Shown here piece after piece: positions 30,672 through 44,000 of a stretch of DNA of 64,000 bases. Source of the stretch: Saprolegnia diclina VS20 (taxonomy: Eukaryota); the NCBI RefSeq assembly GCF_000281045.1, contig NW_008246086.1, positions 427,793 through 491,792 of the forward strand, given 5' to 3'. The translations under genes and the position numbers were made by a program. Below the pieces are notes generated by a model. That model saw only the letters and a program-made list of their open reading frames with translations. It was not told where the DNA came from and ran no database searches. Position 1 is the stretch's first letter; every line of letters begins with the position of its first letter.

Positions 30672-33116
30672 ATGTTGTCCGCGTTGACGCGTTCGGCGCG
30701 CCGCCAGGTCGTGGTGCCCTCCTCGATGGCCACGGTACGCACTCATGGCCTATGCGCGCGGTCTTGACGTTGCCGTCAATGCAAACCGCGTGCAATTTGG
30801 ATCAGAATGGGTGGGCTAAATGCGATTTGTGTGTAGCGTGCGGCCTCTTCGACCCCGCTCTCGGTCTTGGACCCTGCCGGCAGCCCCACGATCGACGAGA
30901 CGTACGCCAAGATGGAGAAGAACATTGCCATCGTGCGCAAGACCATCAACAAGCCGTTGACGTTGGCCGAGAAGATCATTTACGGCCACTTGGACGACGC
31001 CAACTTTGGCGTGCCCAAGCGCGGTGAGACGTACCTCAAGCTCCGCCCCGATCGCGTGGCCATGCAGGACGCCACGGCTCAGATGGCGGTGCTCCAGTTC
31101 ATCTCGTCGGGTCTCCCCAAGACCGCCGTCCCGTCGACGATCCACTGCGACCACTTGATCACGGCCGAGAAGGGATCGGTTGAGGACTTGAACACGGCCA
31201 ACATCGTCAACAAGGAGGTCTACGATTTCCTCTCGTCGGCCGGTGCCAAGTTTGGCATTGGTTTCTGGCAGCCCGGCAGTGGTATCATTCACCAGATCGT
31301 CCTCGAGAACTACGCGTTCCCGGGTGGTCTCATGATTGGTACGGACTCGCACACGGTCAACGCCGGTGGTCTTGGCATGTGCGCCATCGGTGTCGGTGGT
31401 GCCGATGCCGTCGATGTCATGGCTGGTATGCCCTGGGAGCTCAAGGCCCCCAAGGTCATTGGTGTCCACTTGACGGGCAAGCTCTCGGGCTGGACGTCGC
31501 CCAAGGACGTCATCCTCAAGGTCGCCGACATCCTCACCGTCAAGGGTGGTACCGGCGCGATCGTCGAGTACTACGGCCCCGGTGTCGAGTCCATCTCGTG
31601 CACGGGCATGGGCACGATCTGTAACATGGGTGCTGAAATCGGTGCCACGTGCTCGACGTTCCCCTTCACGGAGCGCATGGCCGACTACCTCGTCGCCACG
31701 AACCGCTCGGGCATTGCCTCGGCCGCCCGCTCGTTCGCCGCCAACCTCCGCGCCGACGACGGTGCCCAGTACGACCAGATCATTGAGATCAACCTCGACG
31801 ACCTCAAGCCCCTCCTCAACGGCCCGTTCACCCCCGATCGCGCCAACGTTGCCGGTGCGCCGATGGCCGCGGCCTCGGCCGAGAACGGCTGGCCCACGGA
31901 GCTCAGCGCGGGTCTCATTGGTTCGTGCACCAACTCGTCGTACGAGGACTTGTCGCGCTGCGCCGACTTGACGCAGCAGGCCAAGGCCGCGGGCCTCAAG
32001 TTCAAGGTCCCGTACTTTGTCACGCCCGGCTCGGAGCAGGTCCGCGCCACGATCCAGCGCGACGGCATCTTGGATACCTTCAAGGAAGCCGGCGGTACCG
32101 TCCTCGCCAACGCCTGCGGCCCGTGCATTGGTCAGTGGAACCGCACGGACGTCCCGATGGGCGTCAAGAACTCGATTGTGACGTCGTACAACCGCAACTT
32201 TGCCAAGCGCGCCGACGGCAACCCCGAGACGCACGCCTTTGTGACCTCGCCCGAGATGGTCACGGTGTGCTCGATTGCCGGCACGACGACGTTCGACCCG
32301 GCCGTCGACTCGATCACGCTCCCCAACGGCAAGGAGTTCAAGTTTGACGCGCCCCACGGCAAGGAGCTCCCGCCCCGCGGCTTTGACGCTGGCGAGGACA
32401 CGTTCCAGGCGCCGCCCGCCGACGGCTCGAAGCTAACGGTCAAGGTCAGCCCGACCTCGGACCGCCTTGCGCTCCTCGAGCCCTTTGACGCGTGGAACGG
32501 CGAGGACATGCTCAACATGCCGGTGCTGATCAAGGCCAAGGGCAAGTGCACGACCGACCACATTTCGATGGCCGGCCCGTGGCTCAAGTACCGTGGCCAC
32601 CTCAACAACATCTCGAACAACATGTTGATCGGCGCTGTCAACGCTGAGAACGACAAGACGAACGAAATCGTCAACCAGCACACGGGCGTGTGGGGCAAGG
32701 TCCCGGACACGGCCCGCGACTACAAGGCTGCGGGTATCTCGTGGGTCGTGGTCGGTGACGAGAACTATGGCGAAGGCTCGTCGCGCGAGCACGCTGCGCT
32801 TGAGCCCCGCCACCTCGGCGGCCGCGCCGTCATTGTCAAGTCGTTTGCTCGTATTCACGAGACGAACCTCAAGAAGCAGGGCATGCTTCCGCTCACGTTT
32901 GCCAACCCGGCCGACTATGACAAGATTACGGGCAACGACAAGATCTCGATCGTCGGCCTCGACAAGTTTGCGCCGGGTTCGCCGTTGACGCTCCGTGTCA
33001 CGCCGGCGTCGGGCGCGGCCTTTGACATCACGGTCAACCACACGTTCAACGACGAGCAGATCGACTGGTTCAAGCACGGCTCGGCCCTCAACTTGATGAA
33101 GAAGCTCAACGCCTAA
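30672..33116 (+). CDS. ACO2: Mitochondrial aconitate hydratase (1 intron ~30735-30836)
   Basis: Arg-rich presequence [59 protein letters not shown] and GSSREHAA. Confidence 0.97.
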
Positions 33117-33184
33117 GGTGATGGATGGACGTATAATTTTATAGTGCAATGCAGCTTGCTTCTTCCTCTGTAACCTACTTGTGG

Positions 33185-33771
33185 CTACCGCTTGCGCCAG
33201 TATGAGCAGCCGACCTCGAGCACGAGGCCCGGCACGTGCACGACAGCAACCATGTACCTAGGTCGTTGAGGATGCGAGCGCAAGCGACGTGGACGCACCA
33301 GAGGTAGACGTAGTGGAGCTCGTCACGGAGGAATCGCGACAGCATGAGACTCCCGACAAACTGCGCGACGATCTGCGTCGCATTGGCCTAGACCGATGGG
33401 CGCCATGAGATCGCAGGCGAAGAAAGCGTCGTCGTACGATGGAGCTGCAGCCCGACGCGCCTTGCACGAGGCCGCCGAGGCTCACGGCAAACCCCAGCAA
33501 TGCAAAGACCCACGCCGTCTACATGAAGGTCCATTAGCCGCCATGGCCGCGCTGCCGTTCCAGCAGACCTCGACCGAGGCTGTGGCCAGCGACGCCAAGT
33601 GGGACGTTGTCACGTTGGCCAGCGGCGGCAACGCGGCAAAGACGTTGCGCGCCTGAGACCACATGAGCCATGCTAGGATGCAGCATGTACCCGACTTCGC
33701 CATGCCATGCCCGTGAGCATGAGGTGGCCCATCGTAAGGACAAAGCGCGCAGGGACCAAGACGTCGTTCAT
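33185..33771 (-). CDS. TMEM107: TMEM107-like ciliary transition-zone membrane protein, 5 exons, 135 aa
   Basis: Exons 33691-33771, 33569-33652, 33438-33518, 33299-33387 and 33185-33257 total 408 nt with GT-AG introns. They give MNDVLVPARFVLTMGHLMLT..RSRARNVFAALP...AWVFALLGFAVSLGGLVQGAS..IVAQFVGSLMLSRF..YLWYMVAVVHVPGLVLEV, matching the recalled TMEM107 pattern LVPSRFLTLLAHL..WSRDSNIQACLP. Confidence 0.78.
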
Positions 33772-34397
33772 CGCCGACTGCTAAAAACACGCCATTTTCT
33801 CGTGGCGGTTTCGCCGCCGACGTCCGGATACAAGCAGGTTCAAGGCCCCGCTCGTGCTAATCGCACCCAATTTGCCACATCTGAATCCACTCCGCTCGGC
33901 GTGGAGAGCGCTAGCGGGCTGACTCAGCTTGCTCTGCAGGCGATTGCAGTCTGGCACTTCTTGGCAGCTCACAACCACGCGCAAGAGCCCAACTTGAGCC
34001 CACAATCCCGACCAGATTCGAGCCGGGCGTATGTCTCAAAGGTTTCTGTATTCAATCAATTTGTTAAAAAGTATTTAAAGTTTCCTCTTTACAAAAACCC
34101 AGATATTTACAACCCTCAGGACGCTTCGGATTGGCCAAGGCGTCATTTTTATTTTATGTTGCGTGTCTAGATATAATTGGGGCATTTTTGAGAATGTGGA
34201 TGCAACTTGGGAAATAGCTGAGAAATACACAGCGCTCGTGCTTGGTCGACGTGCATGTCGCAGCTCTGATACCTCGATGTCTCTGGGTTTGTATGCCAGT
34301 TTGTATGCTTCGGAGCTTGATAAAGTATCAAGTGGGAGTATGAAATGTCAAGTGTCGGGACTGCGACACGGGGCGGGTTCGGCGCTGGCAGGTTGTT

Positions 34398-34416
34398 GCT
34401 CACTTCGCCATTTGCC
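34398..34416 (+). promoter_or_regulatory. Oomycete INR+FPR-like core promoter
   Basis: GCTCACTTCGCCATTTGCC lies just upstream of ATG 34424 and resembles the oomycete consensus YCAYTYYNCAWTTTNC. Confidence 0.55.
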
Positions 34417-34423
34417 AACAAAG

Positions 34424-34804
34424 ATGCTTGACACCACACGCGCCTGCCCGACTCCCGACGCTGTCTGCGCCAAGCGCGCCTGCCCGATGGTCGACGCCGT
34501 CGACGCCAAGCGTCCGCGCGTAGCGGCGGACGACTGCGCGGACGACGACGCTGCCAGTGACGAGCTCGATGCTTCCCGCTGTCAGTACGCGACAGCGGCT
34601 CTGCGCTTTGGTGAATGCCATCCCACGCACGCCCGCTACCTGTACAAGTCCAAATTGGCCGACGTTGAGGCACAAGGCGAGACGCTGCGAGCTGCGGCGA
34701 TGCGCAGCTACTTGGACTGCAGCGACGAGGCCATCGACGGCGACACCGACACGAGCCTGCAATGGAGTGACGACGACGACGACGACGATGGCAAGAAGCC
34801 CTAG
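34424..34804 (+). CDS. Small acidic hypothetical protein (126 aa)
   Basis: ATG follows an INR/FPR-like element; coding-like codon usage; NLS-like AKRPRV; Asp-rich tail. Confidence 0.55.
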   Translation: MLDTTRACPTPDAVCAKRACPMVDAVDAKRPRVAADDCADDDAASDELDASRCQYATAALRFGECHPTHARYLYKSKLADVEAQGETLRAAAMRSYLDCSDEAIDGDTDTSLQWSDDDDDDDGKKP

Positions 34805-35019
34805 TCGTACCACCAATCCTATCTATCTGTACCTAGAATGCACTGTGTATTTATCGTCTCTGAAGCGCAAGGTTTTTGGTGCCAGAGAAAAACCTCGTCG
34901 CGGACATGGGCGTCTATTGAATGATGGAGAAATACCTATAAAACGCATGTGCACGACATGCATTTTGAGAGGGTTTCCATATTTTGGCACCTCTTGAAGA
35001 TCTGCAAGCCGGACGCAGG

Positions 35020-38000
35020 ATGGGCCCAAGCACGTGGGGCCTCGCAGCCGCGTCGATCGGCGCCGTGCTGAGCGCACTTGTCGACGCGCTCACGTCGACC
35101 GTGCGCTTCCAGCCCGTAGGCCGCATGCCATGCGCGATGACGACGGACGCTCATGCTGTTCTAGCTGCCACCTGGGACCTTTCTCTCGACCTTGGAAGAC
35201 ACACCGCTCAACATCACGAGCCTCGCACTCGCCGGTGTCGCCAGCGACGCGATCTTGCACGTGCTCGTACGCAGTCGCTGGCAATGATGACCACAAGATG
35301 ACCACGTGCACGTAGGTGGCCTGTACGCATGGCACACTCGGCAGCAACGACGCGAGCGCCTGGGTTAGCGCCCGGACCGTGTGCGCCAGCCCCACGTCCT
35401 TTGTCATTGAAACCACGCTCTCCAACGCCAATGCGATTATGAAAACCCTCGTTTACACGCCAAATGCCCACTACAACTTTGACTGGTCGTCGGGTCTATC
35501 GTCGCCGTGTGTGCACCGGGACCAGTCGCCCGAGACAGTGTACTTCTTCGCGGTCGAGGCTGCCGCGCCCACCAATGACGCACTGCTAGCGTCTTGTGGC
35601 GACCCTCTCTCGCCGTCGACGGTGCGCCACCTGGTCCATCGGTATCCGTCCAACTACGTGGCCATCCCCGTGTCGATTGTGGCGGTCAACAATCCTCCGA
35701 GCCTGGCTTTACCAACGGGTGTCGACATGGCACCGGCGTCGTGCACGTTTTTAGATATCGTAGCAACAGACTTAGACGTCGACGAAGTCGCCAACGGAGC
35801 GGGTATGCTCACGTTCTCGATGAGTGTGCCGGCGTCCAGCGCGCAATACCTTGCGTTTGCCTCGTCGAGCTTGGTGCGACATCAACTCCAAGCCCTCTCG
35901 ATGGCAACCTTGTCGTACAACAGCGTCAATACGACCGTCTCGGCCATCGTCGTCCAGGGACCGGTGGCGGGCGTGAACGCCTGGCTTCGAGATCTCTCCT
36001 TGTGTGTGCCGCCCCAAGTGACGTCGGCGTCCTGGACGCTAAGCATCGCTGACAGTGGCAACTGCGGCAGCTCGAGTAGTGCGACGGCAACGTACTCGAT
36101 CGCAGTGTCGATCACGCCGACGATGATGCCCACACCGGCACTGACCGTCACGACGCCGACGCCTACGCTGGTCATGACGGATCCTACGGTCGCTGTTCAC
36201 CTCGGGCTGCAAGGGACTGCAGGGCAGGCTACACACTCGTCCATTACGTTTGCTTCGCAGTTTGGATACATTGGTGTCCCCACCTTGCCGCCCGACGTAG
36301 CAATCGGCGACGACCGGTACATCACCGACGTCTCACTCCACTCGACCGGTATCGTGGCGCAGGAGCGCATCACCGTGTCCTCCACCTTTACAAAAGAAGT
36401 GCAGCTGCTCCGAACAACCGCGGACACCGGGAGTACTATCGTCGAAGCCGTCGTCGTTGTTAGTTTGACGTACCTTGGCACGACGACGTCTGCTGTCGTC
36501 GACCTCACCGACGAGTTTGGCTCGGCGACGGCGGTGGCCAAAGCGCTTCAATCCGAGCTGACCAATGCCGGCGACATCGCCGTATCGCGAAGCCCGCCGG
36601 ATGCCCAAGGGGGGTGCACGTGGAGCATCACGTTCACGTCCTTGTCTGGATCGACGATTCCGCTGTTGCAAGCCACAGTGCAGAGCTTTCCGGCGCCGTG
36701 GTCGGGCGTCGGCAGCCCCGTGACGATCGTACGTGCCACCGCCGGGTCGTTGATTCCCCCCGTCGTGGTGGTCACCATTCCGGATGCCACGGTGCAGAGC
36801 GGTACGTTTGAGCTTTCCGTCGGCGTCGACGCGGCCTGCAACGGCGCCACGTCGGCGTCGTTCGCGACCAATCCACTGCCGTTCAACGCCCTGGCGACGG
36901 ACGTTCAGGCGGCGCTTACCCAAGGTTTCATCGGCACCGTCGTCGTTTCCAAAGTCGCGTCGTTCACATGGCACATAACCTTTGTCGCCAACACGTATGT
37001 CGACTGCTTGGCAGGCGTCGTCGTCGTCCCGCAGTTCCGTGCTGGCACTGGCGCGCACTTGTGCAGTACGTGCCAAACCGGGATTCCGTCCATGACGGTG
37101 CAGACGCTTGCCGTCGGTAGCAAGGCCGTCTTGCCGACAGATACGTGGCAGTGGACGGCGCTGCTGAACCCGCCACGCAGCGTGTCCCTGCCGTTGCTCA
37201 CGAGCCCATACGCGGTCCAGCAAGCGCTTTATACGATCGGTGCGACAGCCGAGGTTTCGACGAGCGACTGCGTGGCACCGACGCTTCAATGCACGTGGAC
37301 GATAAGCTACAATGGAGCCCCGCTTGAAGTCTCACTTGGTCCGACGACAGGTGCGCTGCAACTGCAACACCGCGTGCTGAGCCAAGGTGCACTGCCGATT
37401 TGCAAGACGCCGTCATGAGTTGTCTGTCTGGGCTAGGGCGACAACCGCTCGCAACACCGTGGACGCTACTCACCAACACGAGCAGCCGTACCGGCATCTC
37501 TGTTCATATTTCGGACGCACGGCTCACGCAATTGGTGGCGTCTTTGGTCGATGACGCGACGGCAACAACGATGACGCTTGCGCGTGACGCGTACGATGTG
37601 ACGTGGCGGCTTTCGTCGGCACGATCAAAGCATGTTTCGGTGACGACCGAGTCGTTGGCCACTGTCGAGGTTCACACAACACCCGAGCTGCAAGCCGTGC
37701 AATCGGTGCCGGGGCAAGAGCACCACCTGGTTGTGCGACTTCGTAAGACACCGGCACTGGACAACGTCATCGAGCAGGTGGCGCTGCAGTGCAATGCGAT
37801 TGGCGGATCGTTTACGATGAAATTTCGCGGTGTCACGTCGGCACCGATACCGACGTCGAGTACGTTGGCGCAGCTTGCCGATGCGCTTTCGGCGATGCCG
37901 ACGCTGCCCAATGTGTTTGTGCCGTCGTCGTCGTCGGCAACGGCGTCCATCTGCGGCAATACCGTCGTACCCATCTGGTTGAGTACACCAACCATCGTGC

Positions 38001-41000
38001 AGTTGAGCGTCAGCGCCACGGTGCAGCCCGCCATCCAGACACTCCAGCTGACCGTACCGCTACCACCGACTGGCAGTGTGACGGTCTTTGCGCAATGGAC
38101 GTATGCGGGTGCGACAACGACCGCACCGCTGGTGCTCATACCGACGGCGACAACGTCGTCCGCATCGGCGCTGCAGCAGCAACTGACGGCGGCGTTTGCA
38201 ACCATCGGTGACGTGATCGTGACGCCGTCGGCATCGACGCACAACGTCCTTGGTCAGTTCACGTGGGACATCACGCATACGTCGCTGCATGGACCCGTGA
38301 TACCACTAGTCGTGCTCAACACTTCGGTCGTCGGGTCGACGGTATGCCTCCATGGTGTAGTGACACGGTACTCATCGATGGTTAGGCGACCGCGACACTG
38401 CTTCAGCCTGGAAACCGGAGCAATGCGGTCGCGACAGTCGTATCTCGCAACGATCAAGTACCATTCATGGGCACGTTCCGGCTTCAAATGACCAACGCCA
38501 TATCCTCCTGGACATCGACGCAGCTTGCATGGCAAGCCTCGGCCACCGATCTTCAGCTTGCACTTCGCAGCATCCCCGCGCTGGGCGCCGTGCGGGTGAC
38601 ATCGACCGCCGTCTCAACGACTGAAACCCACTGGCAAATCACGTTTTTAACGTCGGCGGCGGCGTGGACGGTGGCGGTGCTCTGGAACGACGGCCGGTCC
38701 GTGCAATCTTGCGCCGACTGTGTGACACCGACGTATCCGTACACGCTCACCGCAGATCCGCAGCTGCACGTCACGACGACGCCCCCCGATGCCGCGTTCG
38801 ACGGTGCCTTCTCAGTGTGCTACAACGGAGGCGCCACCGATCCCTTGCCGCTGCGGGCGTCAGCAACAACGGTTGAGAGTGCGCTCAATGCCCTCCTCTC
38901 GGGTGCACAGCAGGTGGTCGTGACGGCCTTGCCGACGACCAGTTACGCGCAGCAGTGGCTCGTTACGTTTCTCTCGCTCAACCCAACACCGCCACTCACA
39001 GTTGATACGACTAATGTCTCTGGCTCGGGCGTCCACGCATCGATAAACGTTGTTCAGAGCTCAAAATCCGGGGCCATCGGCAATGTACCGCCGCTCACGC
39101 TGGAGCGCTTGCCATCGCTGGTGTTTCCCGACCCCATCACGGCGGTGCTGCGCGTCGCTACGGTACAGAACGGGTCCCACGCTCTAGCCGCGCCGTACCA
39201 AGCGCTGCAACTATGTAGCACATGCCTGCTCCAGTCGGCTCAACAGACGCTACAGTTGACGAGTACGGTGCCTATGGGCGGCAACTACCAAGTCTCACTG
39301 CTTGGGGCATCCGTCATGATTCCAATCACCGCAAGTCAGAGCCAAGTGCTGCTGCTGCTCAACACACTCACTCGCGTCGTGTCGGTGGTCGTGACGGCAA
39401 CCGTCGGACTCAGCTACCAGTGCGTCGTCACCTTTGACCCGATTGCAGGCATCGTACCCAAACTGAGCGTCTCGGTGGCTGCCGTCACCGGTGCCAACGT
39501 CCAAGCGTCCGTCGTTGTCAACGCTGCCGGGAACGCTGTTGGCGGGACCTTTGCGGTGCGCGCAGGTGGTCGCACGACACATCCGGTGGCGGTCCATGCC
39601 GACGCGGAAGCTCTGCAGCGAACGCTTGGCGCTCTTCTCGGCAGCGAGACAACGGTATTTCGGTCGGCGAGTCCAACGATTCCGAACGGCTACTGCTGGG
39701 CGATCACGTTCTACCCCGACGTATCGATCGACGTCGATGTTGTTCGGGGATGTGATCCAACACCGATGGCCGCTTGCGGTCTCACTGGCGCCGGCGCGGA
39801 CATCCAGCGTATCGAGCTTCAACATTTGGAGCCGCCAGACAGTATTTCCTTTGCTGAAGGCGACCAGGCAACGACCAGGGTGCCCGTGGGCGCATCGGCA
39901 CTCGACGTGCAACGGGCGTTGCAGAGCTTACCGTCGTTTTCATCGACCGCCGTCGTCAAGGCGCCCAGCGTCCTTATGGACGAGTGGTACATAACAAACT
40001 ACTCGACGCCTGCCCATCTGCAAGTCGTCGGACATGGGCTCACGGCGACGTCCGTGTCGGTCGTCACGTTTTACCGCCCACCGCTCCGACTCACGGGACC
40101 GAGTTTGAGTCTTGCGGCTAGCGCAGCGCACCTTTGCTACCAGCCACATCTCGGGCTATACAACCATCGTGTCGATACAATCGTCATAACGACAGAGACG
40201 GGCACGACGTCATTGGACGTCATAGTTCCACCAGCGTCTACGGGCCACCTAGTTGCGAGCGATCTTCCTCACATGCTTCTTGTCCCGTTCACGGGCAGTT
40301 TGCGTGTGCCCAGTGTGGACCTTCGCTATGTGGCCTTCGACACGCTCTCGTCGGTGGTCACCGACGTGGCGTTGACAGACAATGTGTCTGTTTCGGTCCT
40401 TGTGACGTCTGGCGTTCAGCTGGACCTGCCATTCCACAGGAACGCCCACACGTGGACGTACAATGGGACGCTGGTTGCTGCTGCCGATGCGCTGCGCCGT
40501 CTCCAGCTGCAACGATCCTCGCCGACAGCCGATCCCGCCGTCATTTCATACCGCGAGAAGGTTGTGCTTGGCGTCTCGGCGGCGCTGACGACCAGCCCAC
40601 CCGTTGCGCTAACGGTGTCGGCTCCTCAAGGCGCAGTCTCTGGCACGATGGCCCTCCGCTTTGATGTCAACGATATAGTCGAGGCTTCATGGTGCACACC
40701 GCGGTCGCGCTGCCAGTGCTCAACCGACGCCATTGCGTATCCGTTTGAGGCGTCGGTCGTCGAAACCGCAATCGAAGCCATGACGACACGCTGCTCGCAA
40801 GTGCCGACGCAGCGGATTCAGACACTTCAGATGCGATTTCCAGCGCCGGTAGCGACCGTGCCGCCCGAGGCGAGTGCGTTCTCGCTGCAGTACGCCGGAC
40901 ACACGACCCAAGTGCTCTCGGGGCAGTCGACGCCCAGTGCCGTGCTAGCGGCGTTGTTGGCACTGCCGTCCATGGCCTCGATTGTTGGCAAACTGGTCGT

Positions 41001-44000
41001 GACGACGCGCACTCTGGACGCGTATACGCTGCAGTACATCTTTACGTTTGATGCGTCGCTCGCGTCCGTGGCCCCGTTGACCGTCGCGACGTCCATGTGG
41101 TTTCCGTCCAACAATACGCTGACGTTGCTGTGGGTACCACAGCCGTCGTTGCGCCTGCATTTCGCAGCTGCCGTCACGTGCACCGGCAACAGTTGTACGC
41201 TGCAGTTTCTCGCGGATCTCCCAGTTCTCTCGGTCGCGTCGAGCACGCTCACGACCACCGTGGGTCCACCACCGACCGTGACTGTCACCGGTGGGCGCGC
41301 AGCCCTCATGGATGTCTCGCTCCCGGCGTTTCTGCTCTTGGGCACGCCGTTTCCGTTGCCTACGACGGAAAGTAGAATGCAAGCGGCGCTTGCTGCCACA
41401 CTCGGTGACAGCGTCGTTGTCACAAAGAGCACCGATGCCGGCATCGTAAGCTGGCAGATCACCTACAGCGCAGTCGAAGACGCAGTCGATCCAACGCTCG
41501 GCTTTGTCGATCTCCAGCTGCCCCATGTCGCAGTGACAATGACCACCATCGACCCTGGAGTCGTCGTCGCCTGCAGCAACCTCACGATCGTTGCAGCCAC
41601 GACCTCCAACACCGTCGAGCGCTCGATGCTGCTTCGGTTGGACGTAGCACCCGTTGATTCCACGAGCAATGAGCTTGATACGTTGTCGCCACCTCCTGTC
41701 GTATGCTACATGACGGTGGCGTCCGGTGGCAGCCTCTTGACAACACTGCCAGGCACCTCGTTGGCCTTGTCGAGCCACATTCATCTCGTCTCCAGCACCG
41801 CCGACGCCGTCGTCCATCTCGCCGTCACGACACTGCACGGCATCGTGTGGGTTGACCCCCCGCACCGAGACCTTGTCGAATACATTGCTGGGTCTCCGTT
41901 TGGTGATCAAGCGCTGGAGCTACGTGCGACGGCTTCGTCCCTTGCGCTCGCTTTGTCGTCCCTCTTGTACAAGGCGCCGACGACGTATGCTGGGAATGAC
42001 TCGGTGACGATCGTCGTCGCTGGCAATACGACGGTACCGACGGTGCTCTCGGTCGTTGTGGCAGCCATGGACGCACCGCCAAGCCTTTCTTTGGAGCGTA
42101 CGTCACGAGCTATAGTAGATGCATTGGCGTGAACCCACAGAGTAGGCGTAACGTTGCGACTGTACGAAGATACTGCAGCATCGCTTCCAAGCTTTAGCAT
42201 TGCCCCATCGCCGTACACACGAGCGAGCTGCGCTACGAGCACCGTCTACAACGTCACGCTGTCAGTGGACCACGGGACACTAAGTTTCTATGGCTACGAA
42301 GCTAGCGCAACGCTGACGTTTCTAGCATCGGCGCAGAATGTATCGGCGATGGTAACGTCGACGGTGTATCGCCCGTTGCCCAACTACGCCGGTCTCGACG
42401 CCGTCACGATCGGCGTGCGTCCGATCTCGTGCTTGGCATCGACCTCAGGAATTGAAGCGAGTGCCGTCGTTGCTCTCATGGTCGAAGCCGTGCCCGACCC
42501 GATTCTACTGAGTCTTGCGGAACCGGCCAACAACACGACAGTAGTACATGGCGTCGAGGCGGTGCCACTGCCGACTGTGGTGATCACGGTCGTCGATGCC
42601 ACACCGTTGACCACCGATGTCTTTGTCCGTCTGCAGGTGACGACGCAAGTGGGGTCTGTGACGTTTGGTGCGACGCCCAGTGTGTACACCCCCGCCAGTG
42701 TCTACTGCCGTGTAGAGGTCGCTACGAGTCTCTTGGCGGCGCTCTTGTACCGAGGACCAGCAACTGGCAGCGGTAACGACTCGGTCACGATTCGGGTGTC
42801 TGGAGCCGCCGACGTCGACACCTCGGTGCTGGTGCTCCCCGTCATATACACGAATGCGCCACCACCGCTGACTCTGGAAAAGGCTGCCGTTGTCGTCGAC
42901 GAAGATGGCACCGTATCGCTCAAAAACATTCTGTCGGGTGGCGCCATGGATACTATCGTTGCTGTGCGCACTAGCGTAGGGTGGCTGCGACTGGGAACCA
43001 CCGAATCTTCCGAGTGGACCAAATCTCTGCGTGTACCAATGTCGCGGGTCGACGAGCTGCTCTACAAGTCCAATGCCCACTACAACGGGGACGACAGCGT
43101 CTCGTTCACGGACACGTCGGGCGTTGGGGTGACGCTGCCTGTCGCGGTCTTGGCGACAAATGACCCACCAACGCTGAACGGGAAGCTCCATGTGTCATCC
43201 ACGGGCGCACTCTGTGGTCTCCAGATCGACGACGTGGATGGCAACGACTACGCCAGCAACAGCTACGTGCTAACTCTGCAGTCGTCAAAGGGGTATTTTT
43301 CAAGCACCGATGCACCCGGCATTCGCCTCCGCCCGGTCGCCAACGGCATGTCGCTGCAAGGAACCCTCGAAGCAATGAACCGTGCCTTGCGCGACTGCGT
43401 CGTTCGCTTGACAACGCCGACACCTGCCAATGTCACAGTGTGCGTGAAAGAGTACGAAACACTCATGGCCGACCCGAGCCGACACAACTGCCTCCAAAGT
43501 ACGCTTGAGATTCCGCAACGTGCGCCGACGCCACCCGAGCTCACCGCGTCGGCGACACAGGTCACTGTGCTTGAAGATAGTGCGGTATCGATCACGCCGT
43601 TCTTCACTGTCTCCAACGTCGATGACGCTTTTGGTACTGTCACCGCGATGTTCACTGGCACAACTGGGACCTTTGATTTGAGCACAATGGCGCCATCCGG
43701 GTGTGCCACCGTGACTGGCAACAGTGTCACTGGCCGCCCGAGCTGCGTGGCGTCCGCGCTGGCAACGCAGCCGGTCCTGTACCGCCCGGCGGCCAACGTC
43801 CACGGTCCTGACGTCATCACGGTGGCGCTTGGTTCAACGTCCGTGACGCTCTCGGTTTGGATTCAAAGTGTAAACGACCCACCAGTGTGGCGCGTCAACA
43901 CGACGGCGTCGGTGTGGCGCGTCGATGCTGCCATCGTTGCCTCGCACATGCTATCCTCCTACGGCACGGTGCATCTCGACGACCGCAACGACTCGACGTC

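Noticed and set aside
30816..33149. 513-aa and 238-aa minus-strand ORFs opposite aconitase
   Set aside because: Antisense shadow ORFs of a highly biased gene.
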